A stretch of DNA of 64,000 nt from Amphiscolops sp. MND2022 (lineage: Eukaryota): assembly GCA_964187785.1 (NCBI GenBank), contig OZ076409.1:90584001-90648000 (forward strand), given 5' to 3'. Shown here in pieces: positions 12,129 to 21,846 of this stretch. The position numbers and the translations under genes are program-made. Position 1 is the first letter of the stretch. Each line of letters begins with the position of its first letter. The notes under the pieces were generated by a model. That model was not told the DNA's origin. It searched no databases and saw only the letters and a list, made by a program, of their open reading frames with translations.

Positions 12129-15100
12129 TTAATGCTTAGCGGATCCTCCCTGCAACTCTTTCACAGTTTTGGTAACTTCTGTAGCGGGAATAACTCCATC
12201 GCGAGCCAGCTTAACGGATTTCCCAGGAGACCGGAAAGTCGAATCGGAGCCTTCGTTGACGACAGAAGAAGAGCGACTCCGGATAACTCTGCTCACACTA
12301 ACCTCGTTACCTTGTGTCTTGAAGGCAGTTAACAAGGCCCTATAGTACTTGCTTTGACCGAAAGCGTCCACATGAGCCCATGGGTCCCCAGGAACATTTC
12401 CAGAATCAAATCGCATCTCGAGATCATGAAATTTAGTGAGGGCAGCCTCAGTCACGCAGGAAGTCACGGAATTGGGTACCACAGCCAAATAAGACTGTGC
12501 GGGTCGAAGTATATTGGTCAACCGACAGTTAGGATCAGAGGAATCAGCTCCCTGGAAACGAATTGGCGGCAGATCAGGACTAGTCTCAGTCAGGCATAAA
12601 CAGCTGAGTCTGAACAAACGCAGTAGATGAGGCCTGCTACGTAAGGCTGGCATTGAAATCAAAAGGTCGACCATGTCAGGGACGGATTCGGGAGTCCTGA
12701 GAGGCCCACAGGAATGCCGCAAATGATCGAGGAATTCAACATATTCCTCCCGGTACTCACTTTCCTCATTTTCCTGGACCCATCCTCGAATTTGGAAACT
12801 ATGGAATAAAGCTCGAAAACAAAATAAGGCCTGCTCCATTGGCTGTGTTTGTAGTACAGTGAGGTCGAAACTGCCCAGACCGCGAACGATACCAGCTGTC
12901 AACCGAATGTCCTTGAGAAGGGAATCAATTACAAACACGATGTAACTGCGTGCTTGGGCGGCGAACGTGTCCCTCACAGCCTCTGTAAGCCCGCCAAGGA
13001 CGGCAGTCAAGTTCTTCTTTCCGCTGTTCTCCTTCTTAGCTTTAGCTTCGGAGGCCGCTTCTAAATCGAACTTCAGTTTGAGGCGAGAGAGGAAATCACG
13101 GCAAGACAGTTCTCGGCAATCATCTAGAGAAAGTCGCAACAAGCCTGACCAGTCATTATCGGCCGGGGTATGCTTCGGCAGGATGGCTCGACTGCACAGT
13201 TTCCGCAGGTAACGACACAACTCTCCGAAAGTGAAAAAGCCCGAGTCCCTGCGTTTCATCATGCTCCGACTGAAGCACTTGTTATCTAAACAGAGAGAGT
13301 TGCCTTGAAATGTAGCCTGTCAGAAATGATCTAGAAGTGGACACTAAGACAGTCAAGCTATCAGTCCAATACAATAGAGACAAACTGCGAAATTACGTCA
13401 GATAAATCAAGTGAGCAGGCTAGAGACTCTTAACGCTACTTACAATCCCGGACCAGTCGACCGAAGAATTCCAGCCTAGCAGGGTACAGATCGTCTGAAA
13501 GGATTGTCCACTCGAGACTTTGTGGCTAAAATAGGACTAGTCAATGTTAGTCTCTGAACTTAAATTTCTCCAATCTGGGGCTCCAGAGACTATATGACGA
13601 CTGGTATCATGAAGGAAAGGAATACTTATACTAACCGCGTCCTTTACCCCCTGCATGGCATTTGATGGGGCGTTCCTAGTAAGATAGTCCAACACAGACC
13701 CCCAGTTGAGAATTAGCTCAGAACAGATGGCGGGGATCTGGGATATCTCAAAGGTGCAGGCCTCGATTGCCTATAACACAGATTATTATGCCTTTTGGAA
13801 TTTCCTTCAAAGAGCTAAGAAGCGCGACAAGGAGAACTGACCTTGGTGAGCTCTGGAGTCTCAGTTGTCCAGGAATGTACGAGGACCCCGCTAAGAGACA
13901 CGACCAAGAATTTCAGTTGTGAGAAAATGTCCACAGTCCCGAATACATTAGCATCAGTCTGGTGCATGATGGTCGGCAAGGAAAAAACGTCAAACCGAAA
14001 AGGGTATTGGACGCCGTAAAGAAAGTCCTCACAGTCATCAAATGACTGAACAATGGGGACAGAGCATCCGGACACGCTGACCAACTTTGGCTTAGAGGAC
14101 GTAATCGATAGCAGTCGTGAAGCTCCAGAAAAGTAGCTTCCAGGCATTCCTTGGGCAAGTGGACACTGGTGCATTTGAACTCGTACCAAGGTATCTCCTT
14201 TCCAGAAACGGACTGACATCACTCGCAAACGCCCAATGGTCTCAAACTCCAAGGAATACATATCACTAGTCACAATCTGTTGTGAGATGTCCTCGATTCC
14301 ACAAATGAAGATATGATGGAAAATCGCCTAAACGGAAGAAAAGGATGATTTTCGGAAAAGACCTCACCCTACATCTCAAGACATGAAAACAACTTACGGT
14401 TAGCTTAGCTGAACCCCAGTCTAACGGCAAAAAGGCTTCCTGGTAGTCCATGTGGATTCCAATTTGTGTCCACAGAGTCTGGAGTAACACAAGATCCCCG
14501 TTAGCTGGAACCATTGTCCCGATCAAGACGATCTGTGTAGCGTCCCGTGAGTCGCTAGTGGTCCGCCGTCCCTCCATCCGAGCCAAGTATTCTTCATAGA
14601 AGGGGAACTCTCCACCAAGATCCACAAGGGGCATATTCTCAAAAAGCGGCTTCTCCTCCTCGAGTTCCAATGGTGTAAGAATGACTCCATTCTTCCCTCG
14701 AACCTGATGAGTCGTGATGCCTGTGATCGTGTCAACTTTCTTGAGATGCGTGTATCTCCAAATCTGATCCTTTCTCAGGTGGGACTCAGTTTGGTAATGG
14801 CGTATGATTTCCCTTGCACCCTTAGAGTAAATTGAAACGTTACTCTTGCAAAGTCTACAGTAGAATTTGTACTGGTTATGCGCAGGATCAAGGGGGCCTG
14901 TGACGAATGTCTTTGTCCAAAGGATGCCTTTAAAGTAGGCGTCTTTCATAGTTTTGCCCGGTTTTCCCATGAACTTCCTACGCTTACGAGGGGGATTCTT
15001 TTGCTGCATGGCCTTACCAGGCTTTGAGACGAGGCTGGATAATGGGGCATAATCCCCTATGCTGTAGTTACTACCAGGACTCATGGATGTATCTCGCCTT

Positions 15101-16213
15101 GCAGCTGGATTCTCTGTAATGGTGCAGGGTTGTGCAGAAGTTGCGGTAAGAGACTCACGTCCTTCAGTCTCCTTCTCCAAACAGAAATACAATCTACCGG
15201 GCTCATCGTCGGTGTTGAAGGCACCACTGGTGTACCCTTCATTGGGCGAATCAACGTCTCATCTTCTGAGCTACTGGGACTTCGTCTTTTCCTCCGGGTG
15301 TATGTCCACCTACGTGCCTGCACTTCTCCTTGGTCAAGACCTTCCCTGATGTGGCCTGTAAGAGGAGAGATTTCATAAGGTGGAAGGAAGATAAGATGGT
15401 CTCGACCGAGATAGTCTTCATGACTGTGTGGATCTGGCTCTCGTTGAGAGCGATGACGGGGTGGTTCCGAGGAATCACAATCGGGTCCTTCTCTACGAAA
15501 TGTTTTCGCAGCAAAGTCCGCCCACTGGCAGAAAATTGTCGTGGTGCCTTCGACTGATGGTCGCTGGGCCCAGGAAGCCCATTGGAGGATTCATCCTCAC
15601 TAGTCGACTCTCCTCTCTGTCTAGGAACTTTGACGAGGGTAGGGACGTTTTTAAATTGGGGAGTGACAGGCCCACCAACGCCGGAGCTGTCCAACAAGTC
15701 CTCAGTTCCGCTCGTGTCAGTGTAGTACTGCGCGGGATCGATCGAGCAACCAACGACTGGAATGCTGACTATGCTCGTATCATCTTGTTCTACCTGTCCG
15801 AAGACGGTCTTCTCCACACCAGTGCGTTGCAACTCTTCAGAATCTTTTTGTGAACTAGTACCAGGCCGCCTTTGCTCCACATCTTTTCCTCCAGAGGTTC
15901 CTTCAGTCTGCTCATTTAGTGGGGAAAGCAGGGCAGAAATTCCAGAGGTCCCGGGTTGGTCTCGAGCAATTATAGCCTTCATCGTCCTTTCAGCGTAAGT
16001 TGAAAGGCTTTCTTCAGTGGCTGCACTAGAGCCAGAGAAATTGGAAGGAGGCCGAGGTTCACTGACCGTAGTAACACTGCCTGGCACAGCTTGATCCAAT
16101 TCTTCTGGGCGGCTATCCTCTGACGTGACGCCTGACGTGCCTTGGGTTTCAGTTGTCATTCCTAAATAAAAGGAAATAAAATTTAGCGGAATTCTTCCTG
16201 AATACGAATACAT
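12129..16213 (-). CDS. Spliced antisense accessory gene: disordered N-terminus, BED-type zinc finger, hAT-transposase-like body (~1,220 aa). Exons 16213-14398, 14327-13842, 13770-13636, 13525-13444, 13285-12129; frame disruption near 15250-15300
   Basis: Four GT-AG introns (70, 71, 110, 158 nt; phases 0,0,0,1) join the ORF-track pieces in frame; motif FYCRLCKSNVSIYSKGAREIIRHYQTESH; C-terminal RPHLLRLFRLSCLCL. Confidence 0.8.
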
Positions 16214-17270
16214 TTACCGCATTAAAATCTTCCGGAAGTAGATAAATTTGAACACTTGTGAAAACACGTGTTATTGGACAGGAAGTACGTGAATCTGAAG
16301 AGAGCCCTGATCAAGCCTATTTCAGTTCAAAATCAAAAAAGACAACTTACTTGGGAAACTCAAACTAGCAGGATGGTCTGGAAGGTAGGCTGCAAGAGAT
16401 AGCTGCAATCCACAAACACAAATGAAGTGGCCGCAAAGGAAGGGTGGAAGTATAAGCGGCGCCTGAATACTCCACACAATTGGGATATGCAGACTGGGAG
16501 TCCAAAAGGACGTATAAAACTGCTCCAAATAAATACAAATAACTGTGACTGGGAGACTACAAGGTTGAGAGTGAACTGAATAATGGATAAATACGAATAT
16601 GGAAATGTAACGATTAATAGATTGAAAGAAAACGAAAGTGATTGCAAGAGCAAAAGTTGGAGTTCGTGGCAAACTGGATTTGATGTCAAATATTTTTTAC
16701 AGTTATGAGAATTATTTTGTGGATGGAATCTGCCAGAGAAATCCACATTAGTTATATTTCGAAACACGCATTTTCATTAATTCATTACCTTAGTTATTTC
16801 ATTATTTTTAGTTATTTTATTATTTCCTTATTTGGATTATTATTTTTAATTCCGCCATTTTGAAAAGCGGACCAGGTGGGCGATTCCCATTGGCTGTCGC
16901 GGCGATGCGCCGCGCGTGGCCATAAAACTTCATCACCCTCTCTTGAAATTCTCAAGTGGATATCAAGTGGAGATAAACACTAGATGAAGTCCTTGAAGGT
17001 TCTCTGCCGACTTAGGCAAGCTGAAGTTGATCGTCGGTCAACAAAGCGGAAGGCGGTCTATATCAAAGAACATCTTGGAGAGTTTCGTCAATGAAACATG
17101 ATGCGGGAAACGAAAGACCGGGAAATGTGAAGCAAAAGTATCGAGAAATTGAGAAATGAAAATCGCCATTTGCCTCCTAATTTTCAAACTAAACAGTTAC
17201 TCTACTCAAACCAAATTAAAATTGTCCTATTGCATTCAAAATTGCAAAAAAGATAATAAAGGAGAGATAC
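16214..17270. promoter_or_regulatory. Putative bidirectional promoter between the antisense gene and the CxxC ORF
   Basis: Head-to-head ORFs; non-coding blocks shared with 769-1779 (aaatcttccgga, cacgtgtt, aagttggagttcgtggc, tctgccag.gaaat, gccattttg). Confidence 0.55.
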
Positions 17271-18128
17271 ATGGCTGCCTTATACCCTGAAGATTTCCAA
17301 GGCGCAGCGCCCGCTGGGGACGACGTGATAATCATATCTAGCGACGAAGACGAACTTATGGACGACTTGAGTATGACATCAGTGTTAGATTTGCAATTTT
17401 CGTCCGAAGGAGAGGAAGAAGACGAGGAAATTAGTCTAATGGCTAAATGTGTGGAAATGGAGATGTCAGCACCAATCCCCATCCCTGGCCTGTCCTGCGC
17501 AGTTAGATCTAAGGAAGAGGTTGTCCCTACTGGACTTCCGAGCCACGGATTGCCCACGAGACCGATCACCCCAAGACCGTTGTTTGACTCATCTTATTTC
17601 TCTTTGGGAAGAGGGAATGGACCAATACTCAGAGACGACAGGATTAGAGACGGTCACCCTATTACGTTATGCAGGAACTTAGTCCCTATGATAGACACCC
17701 CTCTGTCCCCGCCACTGCATGAGAGAGGACCAAGCTGTCCTACAAGCTCTATAATGTATTGTGACGCCCATGGCTATCAACACCAGAACCCTGTGCAGAA
17801 CATAGAAGCTATCACGAAACACTTCCAAGGAATGGGACTAAGCGGGACAAAATCACTAGCTGGTTATTCCGACTGTGTCGTATGCGGAAAATCTGTAGAA
17901 CAGATCAAAGATGAGGCAGTCATTGACTATATGCACAAAATCGCAGTTCCCAACGAGTCGTTACAACAATTCAACGCGAGGAGGATGGCATTCCTTGAAG
18001 GGATGGAAATTGGCACTTTTCTTCTTCTCCCAGGGGGAGTGTCGCAGGCTGCCGCCTGTGACGGCAATTTTTTCACAATTGATGTCAGCAGACAGAACGC
18101 CCTACCCGGCACTTTGCCGCTACAGTAA
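17271..18128 (+). CDS. Accessory ORF of unknown function (285 aa; acidic N-terminus, CxxC) overlapping the PPT and the first 89 nt of the 3' LTR
   Basis: Intact ORF; protein-level conservation with the 1780-2566 homolog despite DNA divergence. Confidence 0.85.
   Translation: MAALYPEDFQGAAPAGDDVIIISSDEDELMDDLSMTSVLDLQFSSEGEEEDEEISLMAKCVEMEMSAPIPIPGLSCAVRSKEEVVPTGLPSHGLPTRPITPRPLFDSSYFSLGRGNGPILRDDRIRDGHPITLCRNLVPMIDTPLSPPLHERGPSCPTSSIMYCDAHGYQHQNPVQNIEAITKHFQGMGLSGTKSLAGYSDCVVCGKSVEQIKDEAVIDYMHKIAVPNESLQQFNARRMAFLEGMEIGTFLLLPGGVSQAAACDGNFFTIDVSRQNALPGTLPLQ
18032..18039 (+). promoter_or_regulatory. Short polypurine tract
   Basis: AGGGGGAG directly before the TG of the 3' LTR. Confidence 0.65.
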
Positions 18129-19698
18129 AACTGTCAATGCAATAACAATAAGTTTGAAAACTTTTAGTTATAATATTTGTACTGTTTACAATACATGTAA
18201 ATTTGGTTTAATTTGTTGTGATAATATTTGACAGCAAGATATACTGACAGGCAGAATGGAAACGTGTTCAAATGGCTGCCTGTTCAGTATAGCTAATATG
18301 GCCGCGTACGGCAAATTGGCCAATCACAGCAGTGCTACTTTTACTCATTCACTCATAGTTGCTAGCTATATATTTACTCAAGAAAGGACCAGTCCGGCCA
18401 CACGATTAGACCGGCCTGCTTTGTTTGATGCTATGCTTTGTTTGTTGATAACTGTACAAGCAAATAAGGACGGACTCGGCTTACGAGTTAAGTGGTCCAA
18501 TTGTTAGAATTGCTAAATACCAGTTGCTACATACCAGTAGAATACCTGTTGCTATTACTTTAAGTAAGGCCTTTCACGGCCTATCGACACATTGAGTGTT
18601 ATCTGAAATGATACATGTAAATGTTGATCTGTTAAACATGAAGTGTTGCTACATACATATAACCGTAGTTAGATGATGGATACACGGCGCTTTCTTAGTA
18701 AATGCAGTTTCATCATTTAATCCCCATGAATGTAGAATGCCCCTCATGGCGATCGGCCATGTAGGTCCATATAGATTATGTATACATGTAGTGTTGATTC
18801 AAACATGTAAACCTGTTCGGCCGTTCAAACGGTATGCCCCGTTACGGCCCTGCAAGGCTCTTTGATCATGCCGCCCCAAATATGCTTAGTGACGTAATGT
18901 TACCATTTATAGTGCTGACGTATCTATTTTTAGTTTGCGTTGCTATTTTTAGTATCATGACCGTTACAATTTTGCCTGTCATGCCCTCTGGGGTATATAT
19001 ACCCAAGTCGGCCTGACAAAGGTTAATCATAATTTTGCAGCTACCTGATACATTACGCTCATCTTGATTAATCTGAAAATAGAAGTATTTGTCCCCAGGA
19101 ACAATTCAAATATTTTCTCCTGGAATAACATTTTCAATGCCTTCTACGAGGAGACAAAAGGCCAAGTCTAGAAAATCTAGAGAATTAGATATGTTGTCCG
19201 ACTACGGCAACATGGACGTAATGCTAGGTGGCAGAAGTTCCAACTCTATAGAAAGAGAACTTGATAGCTTGATTAATGTCCCTGAGGGACAACGAGACTT
19301 TCAGTCCTTTCCGAACAGGGAAAATTCATCTCAAGAAAATGAGATTAGAAACATCGATAGTAGAAATGAACCAGTTAGGGAAAGTAGACTAATAGAGTCT
19401 ATCAATACACTATCTGGGGAAATGAACGCTAGGATGTCGCGCGAGATGGAGGCTATGATGGAGCTAATGCAATCACAAATTACCAGGGCCATTAGTTCTG
19501 CTATAAGCGAGAGAGTTATTCCAGAAATACAGAATATGGTAGAAAATTTGCCTTTGGGTCAACATGGCGTTGAGCCGGGTACGTCCTTAAATGAGGATGG
19601 AACCAGAAGTGCATGGGAGAACACAAATACAAGAATGACAAAGAAGGACTCAAGGTCCGCTTGTGACCTGAGAGAACATCCGGACGTTAGTCCTTACA
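18040..19698 (+). repeat. 3' LTR, including the second copy of the Gag N-terminus (ATG 19137)
   Basis: Direct repeat of 6705-8363 followed by TSD CATGA. Confidence 0.97.
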
Positions 19699-21846
19699 CA
19701 TGACAACTTTTGAACGTCTGTCAATTGTCTGTCTCATGTGAAAGATTTGTAACAATTGGTTGAAATCAAGCAGCGTGAAATTATTTTTAGAACATTGAAG
19801 CAAGAGGACTGAAATGACCGAATAATTTAGCAGTGAATGGCAAATTCTGAAAACTAGCTGTGATTTTAAATTTTGAAGAAAAGCAAGGCAATTGAGATGA
19901 TCGAACTTGGCGGTATTATTTTCAGGTATGTCGAACTTTTTAACTTGCTGATGCTGCATTGAAACTTATGAAATCAAAAAATGTTAAGTTGAAGGTTTTG
20001 GTTTTTAAAAGCAATTGAACAAAACGCCAGAATAATTTCCATCGTGAATCACTCAAGTGACAAAATTTCCGAAACGGTCGAATCATTTTGAATTTTATAC
20101 TTTTTCCTTCATTTGATTTATTAGATAAATCTTCATATTCTTTTATATAAGTGTATAATAAGTGGCTGTTTCCTGCTGAACTCTGTGGAAAGTTATGACT
20201 GTAAGTTATTCAAAAACCGTTTAAATATGGCCTGAAGCAGTCATATAATCTTTTCGATACTTTTCGGTTCATTTTAGGGGTTTTGAAAAGAAAACAAAAT
20301 TCTAAACGAAAATATGTTAAATTTCTGTGGATATTCATAACCACAAAAAATGTAAAAAATGCAGTTTCAACTTTTTCGGGGCATATATACAGGGGCAATT
20401 TGGTAGTTTCTGGGGACTTTTCTGCAAAACGAAAAAGTTGTAATAATTTTACAATTACGTATGCTACGAGTTATTTTGTGGTAACCAAATTCAGTGGAAA
20501 AACCTCTACTTTTTGTCTATAAAATTGGAACATAGCAAAGTTACGCAAAAAACTTGTCCGAGTTGGTAGTTTTCCTTTCCGACATATGAAATATGGGAAC
20601 AGAAAGGAAAAGTTTTTCAGGAAAAGTTAGCTTAGGTTTAGCGAAAAAATGTATGTTATCCAACTACAAATTACAAGAAAAAGTTTTTTGTCGGCGCTCA
20701 GCTTAAGGCTAAGAACGCGCAGTCTTTTAAATATGCTGAGGGGCTGCTTTCAAGGAAAATGTAAAGAGTCACTCATAATCCAAAAGTTGGCAAAATGAGG
20801 ACCATTTTGTGTCACTTTGGGGTTCACAAAAAACATTGCTGCAATATTTGGGTACTTTTATTGAACAAAAAGCGTGTGCTAAAGAAAGCTATAGATGAGT
20901 TATGAAATACCGAAAAGTTCAGCATTTCTGATTGACCCAGTTTAATATTTTTCAAGCGGAGCATTCAATCTGGTTCGCACTTGACAGAAAAAAGTAAAGT
21001 CAGTTGTAGAAAATGTTTGCCGCTGCATTTGTATCAAAATAAATAACTCGTGAGCAAACTTAAAAAATGGAGAACGTGTTGAATGTGTTATGGAATTTTT
21101 TGACGTTTGTCAGAACATGAACTATGTCAGTAATTTTGGAACCTACTGGGTCAAAGACAAAAAAGGCAAGTCATAAATAGTTATACCAAAACAACGGAGA
21201 CTCTTTTCTTATTGGACTTATTGGAGTGAAGACACTTGACATTTTTGGTGCCTAGCAGAAAACTTCATCTTACATTTATTCGAGATTTTCACATCAAGTC
21301 GTGTGAGGCGGTGTTCCGAGAAAAAAGATATAGTAAGGTTCAAAAACAGCTTTTAGCAATCACTAAAGGCAGCTACCGAGCTGAAAAACTTTGATGACTT
21401 TCTGAGTTTGACCTGGTGTGACCTGACCGGACGAAATATGGAAACATGAAAACAGAAACGTTTACAAAATAAACAACAAACATAGATTGCTTTTCGGACG
21501 AAAATCTGCAAACAAGGCAATGAATTCTTTAAAGGTCGCAAAGCTCGTTTTCTTCAAAACGTGAAAACTTCCATCGGCCATCAAGACCTCGATTTTGAGT
21601 TCAAAATCAACATTTATTGCTGTCTCGAAAAAGGACTATAAAGTTCGCCAGTTCATATGAGGATGAACTCTCGCCTACTCAAACCAAAATATGCAAATTA
21701 GATCACGCGACATTTGTTTGCTTAGTTTTGGTAAATATCATCAATTTGGTGGTTTGAGAAGAGCCAGCGCCTGAAGTTTCAGTCATTCAAGTTTCAGTCT
21801 ACCTCCAAGATAGTTGCTCAGAAATTAAATCTTGTAAGAACCAGAA

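Larger units (their letters stand above)
6705..19698 (+). mobile_element. Ty3/Gypsy LTR retrotransposon (12,994 bp) with accessory genes; internally deleted, non-autonomous copy
   Basis: Two 1659-bp direct repeats, TG...CA; TSD CATGA at 6700-6704 and 19699-19703; PBS and PPT; domain order RT-RNase H-integrase. Confidence 0.97.

Noticed and set aside
16162..16217. Apparent minus-strand intron (gtaaat...tttag) at the start of the antisense gene
   Set aside because: The same stretch translates to a peptide conserved in element 1, which lacks the GT donor; more likely a coding N-terminus
17271..18128. env gene in the third-ORF position
   Set aside because: No signal peptide, furin site or transmembrane anchor
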